A stretch of DNA of 62,342 bases, filler included, from Nemertoderma westbladi (lineage: Eukaryota > Animalia > Xenacoelomorpha): the NCBI GenBank assembly GCA_032718475.1. It is 3 parts of 3 records of this genome, joined end to end, with 100 filler letters (N's around TTAATTAATTAA, not from the genome) between each part and the next. Parts side by side here need not be neighbours in the genome. Positions count along the whole stretch, not along the records: positions 1 to 31,246 come from JAUCBJ010007373.1; 2 more parts are not named here. One strand, given 5' to 3'. A model generated the notes under the pieces. The model was given only the letters and a program-made list of their open reading frames with translations, was not told where the DNA came from and ran no database searches. Made by a program: the position numbers and the translations under genes. Below, in pieces: positions 13,490 to 27,620 of the stretch (positions are counted from its first letter, which is position 1; each line of letters begins with the position of its first letter).

Positions 13490-14739
13490 TTAAGGGTTTT
13501 TAAGGTTTAGAGTAACCAGCGCATTGTGTAAAAAGGGGACATTTTAGCCGCAAAAGCTTTAACTCCCTTTAAACAATGTTTCATGTTATACTGAGATGTT
13601 GCCAGATTGGATAGTGAGAGCAATTCCTCTCCGATTATGTAATCATCAAAGATAGTCTCTTGAGATATACCAGCCATATGATGGCTCAATAGATTTGTGA
13701 ATAGTTTAGAGGTTTTCGTGTTGTTGCAGTTAAATACGATCCCTGCACCAAGGACACACCGCATTCATTTTCTCAATAGCTAATTCTTTTAGGGACCTAG
13801 TTTGCAGGTTGCATGAGCCATACATTGTGGCCATACATTACAATCTTTCTCTAATGAGCGATGTAACATTTAGTATGTCAGTGTATGTTAGTGTTATAAT
13901 GTGTCAACCCTCTCGCTTTCATATTTGAAACATTTATCTTACATTTATTATAGGAAGGGATCTAGGGGTCTTTACCTCGAATGATAAGTTTATTTTACCA
14001 AAAATAACTTATCTTTTACTGGCGCAATTGTAGGACTAATTCCATCACATGCGTACTTTTTAACCGGGTAGTGTACAAATTTAGGAATCGCGTAATTTTT
14101 TCTTGAGATTAATATCTCATATCTCTCCAAACCACTTACCACGTAGTGTGATGTGACCTTAATCGTGATTGTTGCAGTTTAGATGAAGCTTTATCGGTGT
14201 TGCTATGCTGTAGTCTTGCGTCTTGTATCTTGCATATATATCTTTAAATGTTGATGTTAATTTTTAGATAATTTTGTTCTCCATTTCTTTCTCCTGCGTG
14301 GTATTGGCGGGATAGGTTTATTGGGATGCTGATCACGAATATGACACTCAAAAATATCGTATTATCCAACCATAAGTTCCATTTTTGCCGTTTGAAATTT
14401 TATGCTATTAGTATTTTTCGTCCCACCAGACAAGCACCAAAAACGATACAGTAGTTTCGTTACCACGAATGATTTATAACGAGTTGTATCGTGATCAACG
14501 ACCTCGAAAACCCTTTTACCATCAAAATTTTATAATTTTTGAGATAAAATCTAAAAAATTTATACAATGATCCCCCCCCCCCCCCTCCCCTCCCCCGGCC
14601 AATTACGTTGTAAAATAGCCCGGGGCAGATAAGGATTAAAACATCGCTTGACCCTTATACTGTATAGGCCGACATTATATGGTAAATTTTAGATAGGACT
14701 AGTTTGTTTGTTTTGGTTATTATTTGTGTCATATTAAAG

Positions 14740-16845
14740 TGCTAACGCGAAGACATTGCATTGTTAACAAATACATATTGCTTTATTTTATATGTTGGCT
14801 GATCGATAACATATTGGATAGTGTGTTTGTTTTGAATATTTTGCGATAGCAGAATTTATAAAGTGCTAACTCGAAAACTTGCTTTTTGGAAATTACATTG
14901 CTTGTCTCTTTATATGATGCATATTATTTTATTTAGCAATTAATTTAGTGAGCAAACACCTAAAAATTTTCACTTTCAATGTATTTATCTCTTTCTTAGG
15001 TAGTGGAAAGGTTATAAGTAGGCTTTTATAACGATAACATTCACCTATTGAGTGATTTGAATCTGCGAACAACTCAAGAGAGATTGTAGGACTGTTTTGC
15101 TGACATGTTATCTCCAATCGGATTAAAACCGATAAAACCGAATCGTTTATAAATAATATATAATAAGGTGTTTTATAAAAATGAAAAATTGTGGAATGAC
15201 TTTTCTAAGATTTGAACCAGCGCAGCCTAAATGCCTTATGATTACATAATTTTGCTACAGTTATTACATTATCAGCTCAACTCCAATTTATTTATTTACT
15301 AAGACCCCGGCAGCAGTGAAATCGAGCTTACAGTAATACGCTATTACTGCATGTGTAACGTAATTCCCCCCGCTTCACTTTAACATAGGCCCATACTAGA
15401 ATCATGTAGGACCTCTGTTAGAGATATGAGATATAATTTTAAAAAATATTTTAATTTTATACAGTTCCATTATCAGGTCAACTCAAATTAATAAAAAAAA
15501 TAGTTTTTGAAATTAAAATTTACTGTTGTAAATGCTGCAAAGGCATCTTTAACCACAGCCTAAGGAAATGTAATTACTAAATGGGAACCATAGACATGAT
15601 TGTGCTACTGGTGGCTAAATTGAATGCTTAATTGCAACATATTTAAGACAATCAATGTATTACCATAAAACATTGTCTTCGAGTTAGCACTTTACAATTT
15701 TTGCTGTCGCGAAATATTCAAAGCAAACACATTATCCAATATGTTGTATGTAGATCAGATCCGACGCCAAATAGGCCTAAACTCAACCAATGTATTTTAT
15801 TAACAATGCAATGTCGTTGAGTTAGCACTTTATAAGTTCTGTGGTCGCAAAATATTCAATTCAAACACAAATTCCAATAATGGTATCTTGCAATGAATTA
15901 TCTTGTATGCAATAGTGCAAATCACACCACCAAAACTACGATATTTATAGTTGTGCCGGAACAAAATCGTGTCATCATAACCCTACAGAACATAGTGGGT
16001 GTAAAGGCTACACCGACTGCCGACAACCTATACCTGGAACCGTTTATAAGATAATAATTTAAACTATAACCTTTGTCGCTATGTGATCTCGCTCGACTGA
16101 TATGTTTTGTTTTATTTGTAATAATCAGCAAAATCATACATAGCGCAGCAGCAACTGTAAGCTGACCCTTTCCATCAATTGACAATGTTGGTGTCATCAG
16201 TAGGCCTACCCCTACAGCGTTATTTACACCCGCAGAATAAATATTATTATGGGTAAAGTTTACACCTTTGATAACTAATACGTATTCCAAATAATTATAT
16301 TAATTCAGTAATAGGACTTTTGAGAGATACTGTAGTAAGATCGTCGTGGCATAAGTGATCTCTGCCGTAACGCCGTACGCCGCGGACCATTCCTGATTGC
16401 CCCCCCCCCCCCCCCCCCCATCCCTGTCAAAGTTCCAAGTAATTCTATTTCAGAAATTAATATAAATAAATTTATCATATAGATTTCTCCACAATAATTA
16501 AAAAGTGGGGTTAGAACTTTGGGAAATCTGGTGTCTAGAAATATTCAAAGCAATCACACTATCCAGTTGTAGATCAGTTCAGACGGCAACGGCAAATAAA
16601 CTCTAGCAATGTAATGTCGTTGAGTTAGCACTTTATAAATTCTGCTGTCGCGAAATATTCATAGCAAACACATTATCCAATATGTTGTAGATCAGTTCAG
16701 ACGGAAAATAAACTCAAGCAATGTATTTTATTAACAATGCATGTCGTTGAGTTAGCACTTTATAAGATCTGTGGTCGCAAAATATTCAATTCAAACACAA
16801 ATTCCAATAATGATATCTTGCAATGAATTATCTTGTATGCAAAGA
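14740..16845. repeat. Cluster of a dispersed repeat in direct and inverted orientation
   Basis: gagttagcactttataa..ctg..gtcgc.aaatattcaa..caaacaca...tccaata occurs at about 15680-15910 and 16535-16845, and inverted at about 14740-14875. Confidence 0.7.
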
Positions 16846-17216
16846 TAATTTTAGAAGAAATGTTAGGACTATACTGAGGAAAATTGGCGTTAGCAGTTTA
16901 CGAAATCTGTGGGAAAGGGGGGGTGTGTAGGTGTGTGTGCGTGTGTGTCGGAAGCCATAAATGTCGGAAGCCATAATCTAAATTAATATCTTCAGCTAAA
17001 TTGTATGGTTGAGTCATTTTGAACGGTCTCTCCATGGAAATTAATTATTTAGCACCATGCGATTAAAGTTATTTTGCACAGAAATTAGATATCTGGAATC
17101 CATGTACCCCATTCCATTATAGTTTTTTATTTTTTCAAGTGATTTGCGTTAATAAAGGTATTTTGCATTGATTTAAACATAATTAACATTGTAAATTCAT
17201 ACGCTGATTCCATTCT

Positions 17217-18378
17217 CCCCTATAGAGCCTAAGGCATGGCAAGGGCAGCCGTGCCCAATAATATTTCTTTAAGTTTTACATTAGTAACATTGCAAGCTAA
17301 AGTCATTGACCAAGCCAGTGCCTAGGCTAGCACACAAGGACATAACTGTAGTAGTCTTGTAGAAGGAATAGTGCTCCTTCAATACATCTCAACAGACATC
17401 AATTCATTTGCCTGTGCCTACCATAACATAACATATATCCTTGATTTCCAATCACCTCTCACCACAATTATTATTAGTAATTAAAAGTTTCAATTCGGTT
17501 TGTCTTTCCGTTATCTGGTTATTCAGTTATTGCATTATTAACAAATAAATGTTTTAAAATATATCTTACAAAATATGGTTAATAATTAAAACTTGTCGCT
17601 AACATTCTCGCTATGGGGGTGCTGATTACATTTCTGATGTCAGTTTTCACGTTTACATAAATCTAGTCTGTCTGTCTGTCGGTCATTCTGTTAGTCAGTC
17701 TGTCAAAACATAAAAAATAATTCAAATTAACTAACATTCTCGCTATGGGGGTTTTAAGGGGTGCTGATTTCATTTCTGATGTCAGTTTTCAGGTTTACAT
17801 AAATCTAGTCTGTCTTTTTGTCGGTCTGTCGGTCTTTCTGTCAGTCAGTCAGTCTGTCAAAACTTAAAAAAGAATACAAACTAACTAACGTTCTCGTTAT
17901 GGGGGTTTTAATGGGTGCTGATTTTATTTCAGATGTCAGTTTTCACGTTTAATACATCTAGTCTGTCTGGCTGTCGGTCTTTCTGTCAGTCAGTCTGTCA
18001 AAACTTAAAAAAGAATACAAACTAACTAACATTCTCGCTATGGGGGTTTTAATGGGTGCTGATTTCATTTCAGATGTCAGTTTCCACGTTTAATAAATCT
18101 AGTCTATCTGTCTGTCGGTCTTACTGTCAGTCTGTACTACTGTACTGTGGTTGGCATTACGCCATATACCTAACATTGATAATACAGTCTACAATACAGC
18201 CTATCTACAGTACAGAATGGATTTTTTCCCATGAAGAGCACTAAATGTCTTTAATACGGTCCACCAGTATACCTAGACCAAATGCCTTCCAATAAAACAT
18301 GTATTCCAGCATGACGTCCACTGCACGTCTTAGTGTTGTCCATGGTGACATGCACCGGACGTCATAGGCTCTAAGGGG
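17217..18378. mobile_element. piggyBac-like non-autonomous element with internal tandem repeats of about 140 bp
   Basis: Left end cccctatagagccta; right end taggctctaagggg followed by TTAA. Four copies of ctaacattctcgctatggggg...gtgctgatttcattt..gatgtcag at about 17600-18130. Left TSD is degraded. Confidence 0.55.
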
Positions 18379-18382
18379 TTAA

Positions 18383-18728
18383 GCAACACGGTCCCTACTT
18401 CGCCCTGTCGACACCCCAGCCATTTTTCACCAATCCTTTTTTAGAGTTTTTAAATTTTTTTGGTATTGGTGAAAGTTCTAGAACATTAGTAGATATGTTT
18501 TTTGTGATAGCTACCGGTAGTGTTTTTTTGCTAGCTGGTATTTTTAGAAATTATAAAAAATTTGAAAGTCCATGATATTTCAGGTTAAACTGTTGAAGAA
18601 TATATTAATGACTAAAATAATTTCCAAAAATTACTAGCTAGTAAAAAATACTAGCATTATACATTATACATATACATTATATATAAAAAAGCACTCAAAA
18701 TCACAAAAAAATAAAGGGACCCTTTTGC
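18383..18728. mobile_element. TTAA-flanked MITE (Kolobok-like)
   Basis: ttaa-gcaacacggtccc ... gggacccttttgc-ttaa. It shares its left TTAA with the preceding element. Confidence 0.6.
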
Positions 18729-19139
18729 TTAAGGAGTCAAAATTGTAGAATAAATTCGCGATGTTTGCGACGTTTGCGAAATTCGCGACGTTTGCGAAAT
18801 TCGCGAAGAATCCGTCAGTTTCTGTTCTGTGCCCTAATGGGTTCGTGCCAAAACAATAAAATAGATTGCAACTTATATTTGGCTACCTTTTAATGGGTGA
18901 CTAATTTAATTATTCACCCCTATATATTTGTAGCCTTTTTAATTTGTGCCTTTAATTGAATCAAACATTAAACTAAAATATATGTCACAATATTGATCTG
19001 TCTGTAGCTGGTCAATGAATCTCTCATAAATGTGTTAATTAGTCGCTGCTCAGTCATTGAACATTTGAACACGTGCTGCTCGAAGACCCCACAACGTGTA
19101 TTTCCCATTTGTGGCCAGCCAGAAGGCTACAACTGATAT

Positions 19140-21400
19140 AATACTGCCAAGGGATATTTTCATATTTCAAAAACAGGTATGGAGTCATTTGACGAAGTTC
19201 ATTAATTGATCATGTTATTACCACGGCAAATATATCCCATCAGATGATTTCCAGTAAGAGCTTCCTGGAAGATATATAAATAAATGTGATCATTCTCCAA
19301 TCAATCGAGTATTCAAACTAGAATATAAAAGGGGTACTGACTCCAATCAATGCAGTATTCAAACTAGAATATAAAAGGGGTACTGACTCCAATCAATGCA
19401 GTATTCAAACTAGAATATAAAAGGGGTACTAAAGAAAGTAACTTAACTTAACTTGTGAAAAAAACGCAACTCTCCCATCTTTATGTTTAAGACTGCCACC
19501 GAATCCCAATATCTTATTGACTACAAAACGCAGTCATTAAAAACCTGGAAGATTTTAACACAACTCATGATTGCAACATGGAAGAAATGGGAAACGAGAA
19601 GGCAGGATATATAATTATGACATTAAATGATGCTGCAAGGGCACATATATCAATGATATTCCCAAAAAGAAATAAATGGAAACGAGCCTACATTATTAGA
19701 CACTCCCATGCTGCTAGTAATATACAAGCCACAGAATGCTTCGCTAAAATCAGGAAACCACTTCGATCAAATCGAATATAAAAGATTAAAGAGCCATCTG
19801 GAACAGCAAGCTTACTGGCAACATATAAGAAACTTAGCAGACCAATGTGATTCAAACCGCAACAAATTCTGTAATACATTGAAGCAGAATATAGGATGGA
19901 AATGCAATGCGTATGTCAAATGGGGATAATCTAGTTGGTCATTATTAAAACCGTTCAGTCCAGAAGGATCTAATGGAAGAAGATGGACTCCCAAGGACAC
20001 TTAGATTGATGGATTTGAGAGATCTCCAATGTGTTTCAATGCAAAAGATGTAAAAAGTGCTATACTCACACTTCACAAGGCGGCTGACAGTGACTGTCTT
20101 ACATCTGAACGAACACTTATATCATTCACTTTCGGATGAACTTTGTAGACTTCTGGTAAGCATGTACAACAATTATACTAAATACAGGACTTTTCCCAGA
20201 TTAATTTGCTGTTAGTTTGATCCTACCTCAGCTAAAATGTGGGAATCGGGATATTCGGAACAATTGCAGTGACCGGGGAAACTCAGTGATTTCAATATTG
20301 GCCAAGGTATGGGAAGTTATGATAGTCACTGACATTAAATCCTTACAAACCAATAATCTCCAAATGGGATACAAGTCAGGCAGGATATGGATCGGAAGTG
20401 CTATGTCCGTAGCAAACAATTTAATTAAGTTCTTTCATAATAGCGGATCAACTGTGTACCTGGCATCCTTAGATTTAGCGTCTGCTTTCGACACAGTATG
20501 CCACAAAAACTCTTTGAGAAATTAGAAGACTCGCCACTTGATTGGAAATTACTTTTTGCTCTTCACTCGTACTACTCAAAATCAATTGGCACTATTGCTA
20601 TAGCATACAAAATTACAAGACACTCAATTCAGTTAAAATGTGATGTTCATTAGGATGGGGTACTCTCCCCGTATCTCTTCAATATTTATTTATCGGAACT
20701 CTTTAGCACCTTAGAAAAATCCGGGCTGGGTTTACATAGGATGAGAGGGATACCCCGCACTATGCTATGGCGATGACATTTTATTAATGGCGAACCTCAG
20801 GAGTACCATTGAAGAACAATTTAGTATATGCCAAAAATATTTTGGAGAATTTAACCCACTTCTTAGCTTAGAAAAGTCGCGATTTGTAATCTGTACTGCG
20901 CAGTCAGCTTGGAGCACCAGTGAAGCACATGACGGCCTTAAGTTCAACGATGATAAAGCCGCGATTATGCCTGTCTCTATGTCCTGTCGGTTTCTCGGTC
21001 TGCCATTGCCGGCGACAAAGTAAAACATCATGGACCACTTTTTGCACAAATCTGGGGGAACGTAGCCAGAGTTAAACACGTGGTTTGGGTCTTGATTCTG
21101 TTCCTCTATCGGTCTCATCATAAATCTGGCGAACAGTATGTGCTCCTTCCATTCTCACTTTCACTTATCCCATTTTCTTTGTTAGAAACGTTGAGTAAGA
21201 ATTAGCGCGAATCGATGCGATCATTATTGGTTGTTGGTAATTTTGTATCTAATGAAACACTAATCAAATTTTTCAGACTCGCAATTTCGAAACACTCACA
21301 TACATCATTCCTATTTACGAACAATATACTCCGCTTTCAACTCTTCAAATAGAAAGATTACATTTTGTATTCAGCTAATTACTTGTGAGACATATATTGC
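19140..21400 (+). pseudogene. Heavily decayed LINE ORF2 (endonuclease end plus RT)
   Basis: SLIDHVIT (APE motif, about 19200), SVISILAKVWE, LQMGYKSG, VYLASLDLASAFDTVCH, GVLSPYLFNIY, CYGDDILLMA; many stops and frameshifts. Boundaries approximate. Confidence 0.8.
19295..19430. repeat. Three tandem copies of a 46-bp unit inside the LINE remnant
   Basis: ctccaatcaatgcagtattcaaactagaatataaaaggggtactga at about 19295, 19341 and 19387. Confidence 0.85.
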
Positions 21401-22327
21401 AAGTGTAATAAAAGATTAAATGTTTGTAAAAGCTTTTGCGGACAAAATAAGTCATTTTGCGCAATGCGCTAAATACTCTAAAAAGGCTTATAATTGTACA
21501 ACTACGTGTCTGTCAAAAAACCCAGAGTTGGAATGACGAAATCTACCAGCTGTTCCTTTGTGTGAGAATGTTCTTTGTTGACATATATTTTTAGCCAATC
21601 AGAGCGATCTCCCTTTCTCTGTTTACAGCGGCCTATGGGAGATGACACAATTCGGCAGTTTTCCGAGAATTCATACTTGATTCAGGATTCATTCGGACAT
21701 TCTGACTTTTAGACTTTCGACCTAACATCAGAGGCTAGAGTCATAGGAACGCAAATCTATTAACAATTCAACACATACATAACTCAATTCATACTTTATT
21801 CAACATACTGACTGATTTCAACGCACTGTTTTCTAATATACTGTTTTATATTATTGTCAATTGCTGTTTATATTAATGGATGTTATATTTGGAGAATACT
21901 GATGGATAATCGTAAAATCCCTCTTGACTTTCTTAATTACTGAGGTGTATCAGTAGCAATTGTGGCTCAATTTATAGTGGTTTGTGTGAATTAAATGCTA
22001 TTTCATAATCCCAATGTATGTGAGTTGCAATCCTCCTTATATATGATCAAAATCAGTGACAGTCGGCAAATCAGTGTGCATTGTGGATTCGTGTGATATT
22101 AGTGTGAAGGTTAATAAAGCATCTCCTAAAGAATGCGCTATTTACGAAACTCTGTGGCCATCTAGTTGTGATTAGTATAAGTCATAACTCTGTTTTTATA
22201 CTTAAAGCGCCACGTCCCAAAGGAACTGTTAATATTTCCCCGAAGTAAATATAGTTGTCGGAGATTATATAGTAGCGATCAATCGAATAATACAAAGTAG
22301 CCTACTGCAATATACTACTCTAGAACT

Positions 22328-22464
22328 GAATCCAGTCTCCCACACCCGTGGGTCATACGCCGCGCTAGGCTGGCTTCAGCTGATGGCAATTAGTACGGGC
22401 AAAAGTCGATTCAGGAGACACTTAAATTAGCAGGTTAAACTGTTAAAGGTCTAAAAGCGCGAAC
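22328..22464. repeat. Dispersed structured repeat, copy 2
   Basis: Diverged reverse complement of 11012-11150. Confidence 0.75.
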
Positions 22465-22588
22465 AGCGTTTGATGACTATGAGATTGGCGCTTTCAAAGT
22501 CGGAGCGCCATGTTTACTCTCATGAGCAAGCCAAAGATACAATGTAAAACAATTTGTGAAAACTTTCAATCCACCAAGTTTATATTTT

Positions 22589-22904
22589 AGATAAAGAGTT
22601 TGTATTGTTGGCTGGACCTACTGTATGTCTAAGTGACAAAATGGAATCAAAAGAAAAATATGTTACCATATGAGTATATTTCGAGCAACAGCCCGAGCCC
22701 TTTATCAACTCAAGACAAAATGTATGAAATAAATCTGCACGGTAAGGGTAACATGAAAACTACAGTTGTAGTACTGTATGACAGTATGATATGGCTGTAT
22801 GAAGGGCTGTTGCCCGAAATATACTCATATCGTAACATCTTTTTCTTTTGATTCCATTCGGTCACTTAGACATAGGTCCAGCCAACAAAACAAACTCTTT
22901 ATCT
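22589..22904. mobile_element. MITE with inverted arms of about 105 bp
   Basis: agataaagagtttgtattgttggctggacct...gagcaacagccc versus gggctgttgccc...aggtccagccaacaaaacaaactctttatct. Confidence 0.8.
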
Positions 22905-25900
22905 GATTATCGAATGATACCACCGGTGGCCTGGGCAAGAACCTACAGTACCTACAAAGTTTATCTTTTCGAATTTAGTCCTAAATAATATGGAACATAC
23001 AGTGGATTCATAAGAGGCAATGCATATTGGACCTCTTTACAGAGAGCTTTGGTTAAGACCCACACAAATAAATATTTTCCTAAAGGGGCCACCTCAAAGG
23101 TAAACCAATGTCTACCTTTATTTTAATGATGTACGTTATTCCATCACGTGCATTTTTATTTATTATTATGCCCTTTAGTACGGTAGTACTGTAGGCCTAC
23201 AGTACATGCAATTATAACACGATTGTTACCAATGTGTTACCAGACTACTATGGTATACCTTTTACTTTGTGCTGTTGTGTTTTTAACATTTTAATTGATT
23301 TAACTTTTATTGATTAAAGCCGCCGGAGGCCTTTATTAGTCCGGAGATGAATGAATGTTTGAAGGAGCAGGTTCAAATCCGACTAAAGGTTGTAGAAATT
23401 TCGCATTTTTGTATCTCTGTCCTACCTAGGATTCATGCAATAGGCAATCCCAAAGTCCTTGGAGTTTCTTGTATATGAGGGGTTTACGACTTTACAGGGG
23501 TGTCGGTGAATCCATACCACCTTTGTTACGCTAAAGTCTTATTGCAAGAAGTCTTATTCGAAGAACGAGATGTACTAATTCCCGCGCAAGTGTTTCTCGT
23601 AGAGGAGTCTCTGTAGTCAGTAGGCCTACCTGGTACAGTACGTTTATTCTTATACAGGATCTTACAATGCAGATACCTGTACACTAACCTCGCCTAGAGA
23701 TTAGAACCCACCACCACCACACGTTCTTCCCCTACACACCCAAAAAGTAATACATTTATTCTTCAACAAGACGGAGACCCAGCTCGTACCAGTGCTTACT
23801 GTACTGTAGGGTCAGATAATGAATGCTATTGGTGGGTACGTAAACAACAACAATTTCTTATTTTCGAAAAACAATAAATTACTCTACTTTATTCGACCAT
23901 CGTTTTTATTTATTAAACAAATTCTACAATTTCCCACTCAAAATGTGACTATATCAAATTAAATGGTACACGATGTACAAATAAATAGTGTAACACACCG
24001 ATAAATAATTAATGATAAATTATAAATAAATAACTAACTTGTCTTGATTTCAAACTTGAAAACCAAAGGTTCAACTTTTCAATTTGACTTTTTAGATTAT
24101 TTATTTTTCTTTTTTACTGTTTTATTCCTTATGAGGAACTACAAGGTACAGTAGCCTAGTCATGAATTGTACACAGAGAAGGAGTAGGCCCAGACACGAC
24201 CATGATATGAAATTAATGACTATAAAACACGATTAAATACTTTATTATTAAGATAAACACACCTGGTCTACTGGATATAATAAAACACAATAATAAATAC
24301 AAAAATGCTGGAAGTCTGGGAGCGGTGTATAAGGAATAATGTGTGTCCCTGAAAAATGGTCCTTCTGATAATCCAATCTACTGTATTTACAAATCGCCTG
24401 AACCCCTTTTTGCAAATTTGGAAGATTACGTACCTACAGTGTAGCTACACTGTAGTAGGTAGGCCTACTGTACGTACATCCCAAGACTTCCTACACTTTA
24501 TGTATAGTATGTAGTAATGTATGATAAGGTAGGAAGGAGGCCTTGGTATATCCGGATTTTCCATATTATAGGCCTACTGTACAGTATACGGGGAATCTCA
24601 TATGTAGGACATGACATTCCCGTTTTTTTTTTTTCAATATTATTGACTTACGTAGCTATCTCATCGACTTAATAACTTAACTAAATCTGTATACAGTACA
24701 GTTAATAGTTTCTAAAGTAGATATACAGTAGGTATTTAGTAAGTCGTACAGTATATCCATTAGTATTATTACTGAACTTGACTTAGCAGAAACTTCCTTT
24801 TACATATACTTGAATTCCTTTTAATACGCCCATACGTAGGCCTATTGAGTTTTATATTTCTAATATCAAATTTCGGCCGTATGGTGACACAAATTGGCAA
24901 TACAATAATAACTACAGTACAGCACAGCCAATTGGTGATGAACAAGTTAATAGGCCTACATCTCCTTATACACCGCAAACCCTAAAGATACACTATAAAA
25001 TAAACATAGAAACTGAGGTACGGAATATTATGCATAGTACTTGCGATAACTGTTTACTTAGCAATGGAATATGTTTATAACTTAGCTACGTACTGCATAA
25101 CAATTTATTAAAACAATTAAGACCTGAGACTCTAACGTATATATTAAAATGCACATATCCGTCATACTTACAAACAGTTGCTCACGATTTACTGAAATTA
25201 CAATAGGCCCCTACTAACAGTAACACGACTTAGGCTTACAACTGCAACTACTGTACGTAGTTTTTATACCATGTATGTAAATTTTTCTCCTAAAACTAAG
25301 AAGTTTTCTGATGTGTATATTTTTGCCATAAAGGTCATGCCTATATTTTACGCTGAGGTTAAGAAGTTTTTCTACCGTGTACAGTATATTTTATCCTGAA
25401 GTTAATTAACTTGCCTAATGAGTAAATGTTTCGTCTAAAGTTACGCACTTTGTCTACCGTGTATATTTTTATATACACCGTTATTATCTACAGTAATAAT
25501 TATTTTCTAAAGTTAAGCATGTTGTATAACGTTTAAGTATTGTAGTTTGATTTCCGTGTATATTTTTCCGGTAAAGTTTAGCAATTTGTAACCGTGTCTA
25601 CCCGTTTCGAGACGGCGGTTATGTGATTTTACACTAGAATGTTCCTTAGAATACAGACCAAAGGATAGGCCTACAGTACTCCATAATTATGTAACTAAAG
25701 TACAGTACCGGTACGGGTACAGTACATCCTACACAGTACATACGATTTCAAAAAGATATTTCATCACATATTCTTTCACTGAGGTACCTAAAATCGTCCG
25801 CCCAATTTTATTTTTGTAAAATTGTAGCGGTAGGAATTAATAAAACAAACCTAACTACAATTTCTTTTACGCTTGATTCACAATATAACATTTAAAATTG

Positions 25901-26529
25901 ACAATAGTTTGATATATGATTTCAATAAATTGGCTAACTTTCTCTGTCTACGATTGGCGGTTATATTTATAATCTGATACGGTCTTGGTGGTTAGCTGGT
26001 TGTTTATAATATCTCCCGCTATCGGATAGCTGGTTGTTGATAATAGCTCCCGCTGCTGCTGTTTGTAATAAATACACCTAAAAATATATAAAATATAGTC
26101 ATTAGTGTTATATAAAAGACTATGCACTGCAGGGTAGGCCAACAATATTGCCTCTCCATAGGCCTACTCCCCCCACAGTAGATATGTAGCAAAGATACGA
26201 AATACAATTTTTAATAAATTTTCAATTTTTAATGTAATTAGATGTACTAGCTGATATTAATATACATGGCAAGGCAAAACCATTCACGTGTTGTGATATG
26301 TTCCCATAGTGATCATTTATCTATTCACCTTCATTTCTGAAATATCCTCGCTGTATATCTTCGTGGATATGGAAGCATGTTTAATAAGCGGGTAGTAGCC
26401 GTTCCCTTGGCAACATGGGAAACTTAATCGGGTTCCAGAATATCCATTATTCCATAAACTACGTGCCTCATCTGAAAACGAACCCGATTAAATTAAAACA
26501 AAGGTAGGCCTAATATAGGTTGTAGGACC

Positions 26530-27087
26530 GTTCGGGCCAAAAATTAACCACAGCACAATTAACCACATTTAGCCCAAAAGTGTTCCACATCTGGGCCAAC
26601 TGTCAACCTCACACATTTGGGCCAGACACATGGATCTACTGTAGTTGGCCTCGCAGGTTACAAGACTGGTGGCCCAAACCATAATTAAAGCAGTAATTGA
26701 ACCCTAAAGTAACCCTAAGTCATTTTAGTGTAATTTCGGACATTACTGATTACTATTGTCCCTTCGCCTTCGGGCCAATAGCAAAAAGTCCTAAATTCTA
26801 CAAAATTTCTTAGATTAGAGCCTCCATGAGTCATGACTTAGGATCAGGGTTAAATTACTGCTTAAATTATGGTTTGTGACTGACCAACAAACCTTAACCT
26901 AAAAAAATAAACCAATATCCCAGTCAGTACCTACAGTACAAAACACCCTAATAACCAAGTCATTAAGTAAAACATTTGGCCCAGATGTGGAACACACTTG
27001 GGCCAAATGTGGTTAGTTGTGGTGTGGTTAATTTTTGACCCACATGTGTTTAGCCCAAATGTGGTTGGCCCAACTGTCTGATCACCC
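26530..27087. mobile_element. Decayed foldback/MITE with gggccaa subterminal repeats
   Basis: aattaaccacagcacaattaaccacatttagcccaaaagtgttccacatctgggccaa versus ttggcccagatgtggaacacacttgggccaaatgtggttagttgtggtgtggttaatt; internal inverted repeat aaaccataattaaagcagtaatt / aattactgcttaaattatggttt. Confidence 0.65.
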
Positions 27088-27620
27088 TAATATACTGTAC
27101 TCGAAGGCGGGTCCTACACTGGAAATGTTAACAAAGAGTAGGCATAGTACTGTATAGTAGTCATAGTTTAAAATATAGATACTGTATTTTACAAAAGCAC
27201 ACTCGGCAAGCGCAAGCCAACAAAAAATATGTTCTAAAATTGTTCTAACTGTAGCCAAATTAAGTGATACCCGTACGCTGGTATTATAATTAAAATACAT
27301 GACATTATTTCTACAGTACCTACCGCATAAACAGTAGGACAAAATTCCACATACTGTACAAGGCAGGGCCTATAAAAAGTAATTTACAGTATATATGTCA
27401 AAAATATTCGGGAGTTTCAGATCCAATGTGATAAAAAATTGACAACAAAATCGTGATATATTCATACTGTATAAAGTGCTAACTACTGTAAGTATACAAT
27501 TCAAGTAAAGTGAATGTAATGGAATAGAATACTGTAATAAATAATGACATAAATTGACAGTAGATTATGAATAACTATAGGTACGCCTACTGTAGTATGT
27601 ATGTATCAGTAATAGTAAAG

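Noticed and set aside
16160-16206. Second hammerhead-like motif on the minus strand (ctgatga caccaa..ttgatg gaaa ggg tc)
   Set aside because: Stem I does not form and stem II is mismatched; a chance match or too decayed to call.
23320-23600. tRNA gene or SINE (B-box-like ggttcaaatcc)
   Set aside because: No clear A box, cloverleaf or tail.
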